A stretch of DNA of 51,167 bases from a virus (lineage: Duplodnaviria > Caudoviricetes). The stretch is taken from positions 1 through 51,167 of the IMG/VR virus record IMGVR_UViG_3300048838_000881, one strand, 5' to 3'. The notes beneath the pieces were generated by a model, which made no database searches, had not been told where the DNA came from, and saw only the letters and a program-made list of their open reading frames with translations. The translations under genes and the position numbers were made by a program. Each line of letters begins with the position of its first letter. Position 1 is the first letter of the stretch. Shown here one piece after another: positions 36,375 to 45,433 of this stretch.

Positions 36375-39300
36375 AGAAGTCCGCATCAAGCTTACGATCG
36401 ACGGCGACGACGGCAAAAGCATACAAAAAATTAGTACCACGGCTGAAAATAGCGAAAGCAAATTCAAGAACCTGGGGCTATCAATTATTGCTGTAAATCA
36501 GGCAATCGAATTAGCATCGCGTGCATTTCAAGTGTTTGCAGGTCCGATTCAAGATGCTGTCGGCTCTTTTGTCGAGGCCGAGCGTTCAATGGGGCGGCTT
36601 GCTAGCACGCTTAAACTCACTGGAGAATTTTCGCAACAAGTTATAGATGATTTTGAGGCATTTGCTGCGCAAATGCAAATGAATTCTACGCTTGGCGATG
36701 AGCAGGTGCGCGATCTTATTACGACTGGCAAAGCCCTTGGACTCACGAGCGAGCGCACGAAGCAGCTCGCCCAAGCGAGTGCTGATCTTGCAGCTGTTAC
36801 CGGGAAAGACGTGCAAGCTTCTTTCGTAGAACTTACGGGCCAACTTTCTGGAACAGCCGGGCGCCTTGGCAAACTAATTCCTGAGCTTGCGAATATGAAT
36901 GCTCAGCAACTTCGCATGGGCGAGGGCATAGATATCGTAGCCAAGAAGTTCGGCGGCTTCGCAAAAGCAGAAGCTCAAACGCTCGCCGGAGCATTTAAGC
37001 AAATTCAAGAGATAACGGGTGACGTTCAAGAAGTTATAGGCGAGCTAATTTCTATTATCGTTGGCTTGCCGGATAAGACGGCAGCCGTAAGAAGCACGCT
37101 GCTACAGATAAAAGATGCGCTGACTGATTTTATAGATACGGCAAAGCGTGTGCGCGCGGCTATCGAAGCGATTGATTGGGCGAAGATAGCGCAGGGCGTT
37201 ACACTGTTCGCTTTAGCGCTAGCATCTATTAATATTAGCGCTATTGCTGCCGGGCTTGCGACACTTGCTACGTCGGTCGCAGCACTCGCTGCCGCCGCAG
37301 CGCCGATCGTAGCTATATCTGTTGCGATTATCGGCGTCGGCTTGGCCGTAGATATTTTGATACGAAATTTAACCCGCCTCGACGAGCTAGCGGCGACGCT
37401 GCTTGCTACTTACGATTCACTGTTCGCAAGACTCCAGCGAGGTTTTAACGCCCTAGCGATCGGCGTGCTCACAGCTATTGAAACAACACTAGAAGGGCTC
37501 GCTCGGGTTGGCGTAAATACGGAAAAAGAGCTTATCACCGTGCGTGCTACGTTGCTCGGCCTTAGCCACGACATAGACGACATCAATACGAGCATTGAAT
37601 CTTTTGATGGAACGTTGCAAGATGCGGCAAAAAATATTGATTTCGGCATCGCTGGAGAAGCTGCGAAGTTTCTAAATATTATTCTAGGCGACACTAAACA
37701 AATAGCCTCCGATATAGCTAGCGAAACTGAAGATCATGGTCGTGCTCTAGCAGCGAATATTAAGCTAAGCAAAGAGCAGCTTGACGTTATAAAAAGCATC
37801 GAGCAAGAGAATACGGCGCTAGCGAACGATATCGCGAATATTGGTGCCTCGCAAAAGCAACAGATTTTAAATGCGCTTGACACTGAGTTAAAGCTTTTAG
37901 ATTTAAAGCGCGAGCGCCTTATTTTAGATGGCAAGATCAGCGACGAAGCTGAGCGTGCGCTCCAAGCGCAAGGCGAGCTTTTAAAAGCGCGCGCAGAAAA
38001 GCGCGTGGCCGATATCGCCGCACCGCAATTAATCTCGTCCGATACGATCCAAAAGTTACGCGATGGCATCGGCGACGGGGCTGCCGATCTTGCAGGAAAT
38101 ATCAATGGCGCTTTGAGCAGTGTTGCAAGCACGATAAGTGCTGCTATGGGCGCCGTAACATCGGTGCTTGATTTCGCGCAGCAAGTGATCGACTTTATAC
38201 CGACGATTATTAACAAAGTAACCAGCATTTTTGAAAGTCTAACAGCATTGCCGCAGACCATTTTAGATAGCCTTATCGGCGTCATGGGTCCGGACGGCCT
38301 TGAGGGTGGTCTTTACGCAGCTGTCACCGGATTCATCAAGGATTTTATTCCTAGCTTATTAAATAATCTGGTTAACATCGTTGAAAGCTTGCTCATGTTT
38401 CTATATGACGGCTTACCCGCAGCGTTCGAGAATCTTTTAGAAAAGCTTCCCGATATTATGAGTCGTCTTCTTGATCGTCTCCCGCATATCGTCGAAAATT
38501 TCGTCGTAGCATTTATAAATGCTATGCCGCGAATCACGATCGCCATGGTTGAATTTCTTATCATGCATGCGCCACGCATTGCTTTGAAGATGATGGAAGT
38601 CTTCGCGATTCGTTTGCCGATTGCAATCGTCAAGGGGATTATTGAGGGTGCCAAGCAGTTTATAGAACGCGTCTCAGCGTTCTTTTCAGGCAAAAAATTT
38701 AAAGCCCCGAAATGGATTGAGGAGCTTCCTGAAACGGCAAGTAAAGCGCTCAAGAATATCAGCAAAGAAGCGAGCCAGATTTTTCAGGTAAAAGACCTAG
38801 AAGACGCCGTTAAGGGTATCGACCTTGCCGAGCGTCTGAAGACGATCATCGACGATGCAGCTAAGAAAATGATGAGCGCATTCGATTATCTTAAGAAAAT
38901 TTGGATGTGGATTTGGGACAACATCCTTTGGCCGATCATCGGATTTTTCCGCGAAGTCTGGCTGTGGATTTACGAGACGATTCTAAAACCGATTATAGAC
39001 GCCTTTAGATTCTTATGGACCTGGATATATGACACGATTCTAAAACCCGTGCTTGAAGCATTCCGCGTGCTATTCACGTGGATAAGCGAGAAGATCGTGC
39101 AGCCGATCATGACGGCCCTGCAACGTATCGTAGAATTTATCGGAACGTTCGCCAAGGATATGGTGAAGGGCATCTGGGACGGGTTGAAAGCAGCGTTTAG
39201 CGGCGCAAAAACTTTCTTTTCAGAAGCTGGCGTATGGATTTGGGAAGGCTTAAAGAAAGCGCTCGGCGGGCTAGGTTCTTTTCTAAAGGGTATTTTCGAT

Positions 39301-40146
39301 AAGCTAAACCCTGCTAACTTGTTTGAAAAGATTTTCCGCGTCGATTATAAGGGGCGCGACACGGTCGAGAAAGCTTTAAACATAGATATCCCGTTCGTAA
39401 ATTTTGCGACGGGCGGGCTTGTGCCAGGAAAAGCCCAGACCCCTGGCGACAGTCTTTTAAACGATCGTATCTTAGCGCTCTTATCGCCAGGTGAGGCGAT
39501 TATCCCGCGATCGCTCATGGGCGACCCTGCCGTAAAAGCAATTGTAAATGCTATTCTAAGCGGCAAGCTACAAGTTCCACAATTTGCGTTCGGCGGCATA
39601 GGCAAAGCAATTGGCGGCGCTGTGAGCGGCGCGAAAGATCTTGGCGGCACGATATCGGACGTGGGTAAAGATATCGGCGGCGGAATTTCTAGCGCTACAA
39701 AAGACGCTGGCGGCTTCGTATCGCAAGCCGGTAAAGATGCGCTTAAGAAATTAGGCATAGATCTAAATGCAGCGTGGCGCATGGTGCAAGAACGCACATT
39801 CGCTATGGTTATGCAAATGTTCCGCGAGAACGCTTTCGCAACGGGCGGCCTGGTGACGGGCTCAGGCTTCGGCGATTCGGTGCCTGCGATGCTAACGCCA
39901 GGTGAATTTGTCGTGCGGCGACGCTCGGCGCAAAATAATCTTGGCATGCTCGGCCAGCTCAACCGCACAGGAAGCGCGCAAGGCGGCGCTGGCGTCGTGA
40001 TTCAAAAGATAGAGATCAATGCAAAAACAAATCTAGACGCCGACGCGATTCGTCGCGAGGTGATTCCAGCCGTCGAGAAGCATTTAAAGCGCGCTTCACT
40101 TGACGGAAAACCTCTAATCGCCGCTAGCGGCGTCTATACAAGGTGA
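36358..40146 (+). CDS. Tape measure protein
   Basis: 1262 aa, helical and Ala/Leu/Ile-rich, Trp-periodic repeats, FATGG motifs near the C-terminus. Confidence 0.93.
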   Translation: MAVVNKEVRIKLTIDGDDGKSIQKISTTAENSESKFKNLGLSIIAVNQAIELASRAFQVFAGPIQDAVGSFVEAERSMGRLASTLKLTGEFSQQVIDDFEAFAAQMQMNSTLGDEQVRDLITTGKALGLTSERTKQLAQASADLAAVTGKDVQASFVELTGQLSGTAGRLGKLIPELANMNAQQLRMGEGIDIVAKKFGGFAKAEAQTLAGAFKQIQEITGDVQEVIGELISIIVGLPDKTAAVRSTLLQIKDALTDFIDTAKRVRAAIEAIDWAKIAQGVTLFALALASINISAIAAGLATLATSVAALAAAAAPIVAISVAIIGVGLAVDILIRNLTRLDELAATLLATYDSLFARLQRGFNALAIGVLTAIETTLEGLARVGVNTEKELITVRATLLGLSHDIDDINTSIESFDGTLQDAAKNIDFGIAGEAAKFLNIILGDTKQIASDIASETEDHGRALAANIKLSKEQLDVIKSIEQENTALANDIANIGASQKQQILNALDTELKLLDLKRERLILDGKISDEAERALQAQGELLKARAEKRVADIAAPQLISSDTIQKLRDGIGDGAADLAGNINGALSSVASTISAAMGAVTSVLDFAQQVIDFIPTIINKVTSIFESLTALPQTILDSLIGVMGPDGLEGGLYAAVTGFIKDFIPSLLNNLVNIVESLLMFLYDGLPAAFENLLEKLPDIMSRLLDRLPHIVENFVVAFINAMPRITIAMVEFLIMHAPRIALKMMEVFAIRLPIAIVKGIIEGAKQFIERVSAFFSGKKFKAPKWIEELPETASKALKNISKEASQIFQVKDLEDAVKGIDLAERLKTIIDDAAKKMMSAFDYLKKIWMWIWDNILWPIIGFFREVWLWIYETILKPIIDAFRFLWTWIYDTILKPVLEAFRVLFTWISEKIVQPIMTALQRIVEFIGTFAKDMVKGIWDGLKAAFSGAKTFFSEAGVWIWEGLKKALGGLGSFLKGIFDKLNPANLFEKIFRVDYKGRDTVEKALNIDIPFVNFATGGLVPGKAQTPGDSLLNDRILALLSPGEAIIPRSLMGDPAVKAIVNAILSGKLQVPQFAFGGIGKAIGGAVSGAKDLGGTISDVGKDIGGGISSATKDAGGFVSQAGKDALKKLGIDLNAAWRMVQERTFAMVMQMFRENAFATGGLVTGSGFGDSVPAMLTPGEFVVRRRSAQNNLGMLGQLNRTGSAQGGAGVVIQKIEINAKTNLDADAIRREVIPAVEKHLKRASLDGKPLIAASGVYTR

Positions 40147-40150
40147 TTTT

Positions 40151-41824
40151 GTGGCAGATATTGAACGCGGCTACCTAGAGAACGAGAACCCGGAAGGCTA
40201 CCTAGAGAACGATTATCTAGCGGGCGAGCTTGACGACGCGTCGGGCTTCCAGGTGCAAATGATTATAAATAAAAGCACGCCGCTTGGTTTTCAAGCTGAG
40301 CAGATCGTCAACGCTTCGCAAGCTGACGGTATGCAAGCCGAAATGGTTGTCGACACGAGCACGTCGCTAGGATTTCAGACGAATATGATCGCTGCGGCTA
40401 ACGTGCCGCTCGGCATGCAAGTCGAAATGGTGATCGGCGCGCTCACGTCGCTAGGTTTCCAGGTCGAGCAGGTGATCGAAGATTCAACGTTTGCCGGTAT
40501 GCAGGCATCACAAATCTTTTTAGCCGTCGAGCATGCGACAGGCTTTCAAGTTGAGGGCTTCATAACTGAGCAAGGAACGCTGGGGATTTCAGCGCTGCAT
40601 GATAAACTGCGCCACGCTATCCTAGAATATTATCTCCAATATCCGTACCTTGAAGAACCTTACCTCGTTAGCCTCATGGCCGCGTATCCTGGGCTCCAGG
40701 CTGCTATGACGATCAATAAGAGCGTGGCGACCGGCATGCAGGTCAATCAGATCATCGACCTTGTGCCCGAGGCTGGCATGCAAGCCGAAATGATTGTAAA
40801 TCAAGAGCACGCGACCGGCATGCAAGCTGCTATGACTGTTTTTGCTGAGAGCATGCACGGCTTCCAAGTGCAGCGCGTTATCAATGCGATGAACACCTAC
40901 GGCATGCAAGCCGAAATGATTGTGAATACAGAGCACGCTACAGGTTTCCAAACGCAGCAGCTTCGCGTGTTTAAAAACGGCATGCAAGCCGACATGATTA
41001 TCTATAACGTCACGCAGCTGCGCATTATGTGGGAATTTCCGTCGCGCGGCACCGAAGCGTTGCTCGGCCTTAACTGGGTAGCGTCGACCACGGCGGCCGG
41101 TGATTTTGCAGCAAGCAACGTGAATACGGATATTATCGAGCAGGTATGGCGATCGTCCGGCGTCCCGTCGTTTCAGACGCTTACGTGCGATACGGGCATC
41201 GTCCAGGGCGTGACCATAGATACGATCGCAATCCTGGGGCATAACTTTACGAAATCAGCGACCGTGCAGGTGCAGGGCTCGAACGATAATTTTGCAACGC
41301 CCCCGAACGTAACGTTCAACATGACGACCGAGCTTGAGAACATGTACTATATAAGCCCAGAATTCCCGACGATTGCCGGGCAAAACCGCTACTGGCGTTT
41401 TATCATTCAAGATACGACGAATCCGGCGGGCTACGTCGAGGTCGGAACGATTCTTTTCGGTACGTCTGAAATCTTCAGCGTCACCGAATGCTTCACGAAC
41501 CCAATCACCAGGGGGTATAAGCATTTCAAAGACGCGATGGCGACGGAAGGATTTACGACCGTATCGAACGACCGAGCGTTGAAACGCTTTTTGCGGCTTA
41601 ATTTTGAAAAGCTAAATTATTTTAAAGGAAACTTCAGAATCCTTGACGAGATGATGCGCTTTGCAAGGACAAGTCTGAAAGTTCTCGTTATACCGACGCC
41701 GCAATATCCGTCGCGCTTTGCCGTCTACGGCAAGCTCACGGGCTTGCCCGATATTATCCACGAGGGCATAGATGCGACGACCGAATATGTCGACGTCGAA
41801 TTCGAGTGGGACGAATCTTTATGA
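40151..41824 (+). CDS. Distal-tail/baseplate-position protein with N-terminal ~14-aa G[FM]Q repeats
   Basis: First gene after the TMP; repeat region followed by a beta-rich C-terminal domain. Confidence 0.7.
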   Translation: MADIERGYLENENPEGYLENDYLAGELDDASGFQVQMIINKSTPLGFQAEQIVNASQADGMQAEMVVDTSTSLGFQTNMIAAANVPLGMQVEMVIGALTSLGFQVEQVIEDSTFAGMQASQIFLAVEHATGFQVEGFITEQGTLGISALHDKLRHAILEYYLQYPYLEEPYLVSLMAAYPGLQAAMTINKSVATGMQVNQIIDLVPEAGMQAEMIVNQEHATGMQAAMTVFAESMHGFQVQRVINAMNTYGMQAEMIVNTEHATGFQTQQLRVFKNGMQADMIIYNVTQLRIMWEFPSRGTEALLGLNWVASTTAAGDFAASNVNTDIIEQVWRSSGVPSFQTLTCDTGIVQGVTIDTIAILGHNFTKSATVQVQGSNDNFATPPNVTFNMTTELENMYYISPEFPTIAGQNRYWRFIIQDTTNPAGYVEVGTILFGTSEIFSVTECFTNPITRGYKHFKDAMATEGFTTVSNDRALKRFLRLNFEKLNYFKGNFRILDEMMRFARTSLKVLVIPTPQYPSRFAVYGKLTGLPDIIHEGIDATTEYVDVEFEWDESL

Positions 41825-43572
41825 GTTCTAGCAATCGTCGCGAATATCTTACGGCAACGGTGCTTGATCAAGCGTTCCTTGATCGCTGCCAGGATAACCT
41901 TGATAACGGTCTCCATATGGTGGTCGACATCGAGTCGCCGACGGGCAGCATGATTTATGCGTCGGATAGAAATAAATACGTGGGCGGCACGTTCTACGAG
42001 GCGCTTCTCCAGTTTCCCGTGATTAAGCGCAGCCTCGGCGAATGGCTAGCGCCGGAGATTGAATTTTCAATGCTCCAGCTGGTGCTCGGCAACGTCGACG
42101 GGCGTTTTAACGAATTCATGCCGGGCGGCGCAAATTATCTAGGCTGGATTTCTCGCATGATCGACGTGAAGCTGGGGCTTCGCGACGTGGCGTCGACGTA
42201 CACGTCTATTTTCGTGGGCCGCGTCACCGATATCGGCGGCGTGCAGCGTGATCGTAAGCAGATTTCGCTAACGGCTCGCGATACGTTCGACGCGTTAAGC
42301 GTTCAGTTTCCGTCAGCCGTCTTTAGCGACTCGACGCTGCCGGATATAGACGCGAATCTTATCGGCACGGTAGTGCCCGTGATCTACGGCGACTGGACGA
42401 CGGGGCTTATCTCTGGCAAAGCGCGGCCCGACGACCCGGCGTCGCCCATGATCGACATTCCCCAGGTGCCGGCCTACCCGACGAACGGTCAAGCAGCTGG
42501 CGTACTCGCCGGAACGACGCCCCTTGATCTTATGATTTCTGTTAATGATAACGCATACCTAGATACGACCGAGGTTTACCTAAAGCGCTCCGATTCGTAC
42601 TGGCTGTTTGACGCGGGCGATATTGTCGGCGTCGCGGCGAACCGTATTTTTTCAATTACCCAAGGCGCTGGCGGTGGCACGACGCTCGTCGACGGGGCGG
42701 CCTACCAGTATGCCAACGGCGACACGTTCTTCGTAAAGGTGCGCGGCAAAGACCTCGGCGCCTACGATGATAATATTGTCTGGCAAGCGCGCGACCTGAT
42801 TCTAAGCTATACGCCCCTTCTTTCTAGCGATTTTGATGCAAACTGGGCAACGTATCGCGATAAAGCAAGCCCCGCGCAATCGAATATTGCAGGCATTAAA
42901 TCACGCATCTGGGTGCAGCAGCCGCAGGGCGTCATGAGCTACGTGCTTTCGCTGCTTGAACAAGTGCGCCTTGAAGCTTTTATATCAAACGAGCAAAAAT
43001 TAAAGCTTAACTCGCTTCATTTCGAAGACTTCACGGCGTCGCCAAGCTTTAAAATACGGAACTGGGATATCGAGGAAGGCTCGTTCAAGCCGGTGCTCGA
43101 CGATCGCAATATCTGGAACCGTGCGCGCGGCGCCTATGCTTTCAATCCGTCGGTGAACGAGAATGCGTTCGAGACGCCGATCTATCGCAACGCGGCTGCC
43201 GTCACGCAAGCGGGCGGCAAGCTTATCTCGAAGCTCGTCGTGTTTCCGAATCTTTACGTGAAATCCGACGTAGTCAACCAGCTGCGTGAAATGCTACGAT
43301 TAGCGTCTAGTTACACAGAATTTATCGACGTTACGCTTACGCCTCGCGCTATGCTGCGGGAACTAGGTGACTTTGTGCTTCTAAATGTTAATATGGGAGC
43401 AACAATATTAGAAAACGTGCCGGCCATGATACGCGAGCTTAGCTACGACCCGAAGGGTATGCGCATACCTGCGAAACTCTGGTCGATGCAAATGGTGCCG
43501 TATCCCGGCTACGCGCCGACATACACAGGAATTACGGGCGGCAATGGTGCTGCCATTATTGAAGAAACTTAA
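41821..43572 (+). CDS. Tail tip/hub protein
   Basis: ATGA overlap at 41821; P.IYGDW motif; position in the tail-tip block. Confidence 0.65.
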   Translation: MSSSNRREYLTATVLDQAFLDRCQDNLDNGLHMVVDIESPTGSMIYASDRNKYVGGTFYEALLQFPVIKRSLGEWLAPEIEFSMLQLVLGNVDGRFNEFMPGGANYLGWISRMIDVKLGLRDVASTYTSIFVGRVTDIGGVQRDRKQISLTARDTFDALSVQFPSAVFSDSTLPDIDANLIGTVVPVIYGDWTTGLISGKARPDDPASPMIDIPQVPAYPTNGQAAGVLAGTTPLDLMISVNDNAYLDTTEVYLKRSDSYWLFDAGDIVGVAANRIFSITQGAGGGTTLVDGAAYQYANGDTFFVKVRGKDLGAYDDNIVWQARDLILSYTPLLSSDFDANWATYRDKASPAQSNIAGIKSRIWVQQPQGVMSYVLSLLEQVRLEAFISNEQKLKLNSLHFEDFTASPSFKIRNWDIEEGSFKPVLDDRNIWNRARGAYAFNPSVNENAFETPIYRNAAAVTQAGGKLISKLVVFPNLYVKSDVVNQLREMLRLASSYTEFIDVTLTPRAMLRELGDFVLLNVNMGATILENVPAMIRELSYDPKGMRIPAKLWSMQMVPYPGYAPTYTGITGGNGAAIIEET

Positions 43573-43587
43573 GGGGAGAATATCAAA

Positions 43588-44265
43588 ATGGCAGTGAATT
43601 TGACGTTATCTAAAACACTTAGCGGCTCCGCAGCGGCAGATTCACTAGCGGGCGGCGGCACGGGCGTCGATCTTGGCTCCGTGGTGAACGGCGAGTATTG
43701 CCCGATCATATCGAAGGCGGCGAACACCGGCTGGCAAACGCTATACATTCGTCACAATGCGACGATCGACCCGATTACGAACGTCAAGACATTCATTGCT
43801 GAATTCTCGCAGACCTACGGCGGCGCTGATAGTGCAGCTGGCGATTTCGCCACGCTTGTTGCTAAGGGCAACGCGTCGGGCAACTCGGCGAACAACGGCG
43901 ACGGCTTGAGCGCGGGCCTTCGCATCGAGCACGACGCCGATTTAGGTGCCACGCTTGGCGCTTCGGCGTTTGACGCCACGCGCGCGCAAGTTGACATCTA
44001 CGGCGACAACAATACGGACGGCATTGATCTAGCGAGCGCGTTTGATCTTCACGTCGATGCGTTGATCTATGATTCTGACCCGCACGGCACGCCCGGCACG
44101 CCGGTCGACGCTTCGGCGCCCGTTACCGGGCAGATCGGCAAGGACGGCGATTCGGTGCTCGGCGATCATGCGCTCGTCAAGCTTCGTTATTATCTTGAAG
44201 AAGCTGCGCCAGATGGTGGCATAGTGCAATTTGACTTCGTGATAGGCTATAGCTTCACCGCTTAA
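43588..44265 (+). CDS. Putative minor tail/virion protein
   Basis: Gly/Ala/Asp-rich; SD GGGGAG. Confidence 0.6.
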   Translation: MAVNLTLSKTLSGSAAADSLAGGGTGVDLGSVVNGEYCPIISKAANTGWQTLYIRHNATIDPITNVKTFIAEFSQTYGGADSAAGDFATLVAKGNASGNSANNGDGLSAGLRIEHDADLGATLGASAFDATRAQVDIYGDNNTDGIDLASAFDLHVDALIYDSDPHGTPGTPVDASAPVTGQIGKDGDSVLGDHALVKLRYYLEEAAPDGGIVQFDFVIGYSFTA

Positions 44266-44346
44266 TTCAAGTAGTTACGTAAGTATTCTATCCTCTTTTT
44301 TCTTCTTACTGTAGAGAATACCCTCAACAATATTTGAGGTGTATTC

Positions 44347-44979
44347 ATGAACGATTTTTATGTGTATGGGCATTTTAAAGGCAATGTATGCATGTATGTA
44401 GGGGCAGGTAGAGAGCATAGGGCATGGGCGTTCAATAAGCGATCTAAGCGCTGGTTTAAAGAATTTGTAAGCCCGCCCGAAGTTCGTATTTTGCTGCAAG
44501 GGTTAAGTCAAGATCAAGCAAGCGAAAAAGAGATTGAAATACTTGCAGAGTACCGTGCTAAAGGACAAGCAACAATAAATTGCACACGCGGCGGAGAAAA
44601 AGGGATAGCGTGGTCACGCGGGAAAAACTTATCTACAGAGCATAAATTAGCGATATCAGGAGCTAAAAAAGGAAAGCCAAATGGTTTAGAAGGGCGCAAG
44701 TGGTCAGAGGCCCATAAACACAAAATATCAGAATCTCGCCGAAATAGCGAGAAAGTTAAATTAGCGGGTGCTAAGATATGGGAAACCAGAAGATTAAACG
44801 GAACAGCGCAAGGGTTTACTACAGCAAAAGCTAGAGCTGTGCGGTGTGTAGATACCGGAGAAATTTTTCGTACTGCAAGAGAAGCGGCAGAAAAAATTTC
44901 AGGTAGCGATAAGCACATACAAGCTTGCTGCGTAGGGCGCAGAGCGACGCATAAGAAATTAAGATGGGAATACGTGTGA
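44347..44979 (+). mobile_element. Free-standing GIY-YIG-like homing endonuclease with NUMOD3/NUMOD1-like DNA-binding motifs
   Basis: FYVYGH...MYVGAG...R; SxEHK.xIS repeated twice; AVRCVDTGEIF...EAA...I..CC. AT-richer than its flanks. Confidence 0.8.
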
Positions 44980-45428
44980 GCCAAGAAGTCCTAGTCCCAA
45001 GCTATCAGCCGGTGCCAGCTAGATTTTTTCGTCTACGCTGGCGCTTCGAGTATTCCGACGGCAAGCCGCCGCGCGTCGGCGTCTGGGACGGTGCCACGAC
45101 GAAAGACGCGGACGGCGCTTGGGCGGTCGACAAAACGAACCTGGCCTATGCGATTATCGAGGCCGAAGATCGGACGACGTTCGAGGTGCGCCGCGCGCTC
45201 GTCGTCGAGGGCGCAGCTTATGCGTCGAGCCAGTGGGAAGCCTATGCACGCGCGGGCAATGCGCTCGCGATTCGCCACGCTGTGACGCCTCGCGTACACG
45301 TAGCGGGCCTTAGTTTTCTCACGCAAGAAGAAAAAATCAGTGTCCTGGTGAACGGCACCGTAACGCGGCGCCCGCTTACCGACTACGAAAAGAGAATGAA
45401 TATCCACGAGCATAAACTTGGGAGCTAG
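44976..45428 (+). CDS. Hypothetical protein
   Basis: GTG start overlapping the endonuclease stop. Confidence 0.6.
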   Translation: MSQEVLVPSYQPVPARFFRLRWRFEYSDGKPPRVGVWDGATTKDADGAWAVDKTNLAYAIIEAEDRTTFEVRRALVVEGAAYASSQWEAYARAGNALAIRHAVTPRVHVAGLSFLTQEEKISVLVNGTVTRRPLTDYEKRMNIHEHKLGS

Positions 45429-45433
45429 GTAAC

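Noticed and set aside
44266-44979. Group I intron around the endonuclease
   Set aside because: Both flanking genes look complete, and the 81-bp gap is too short for a ribozyme core.
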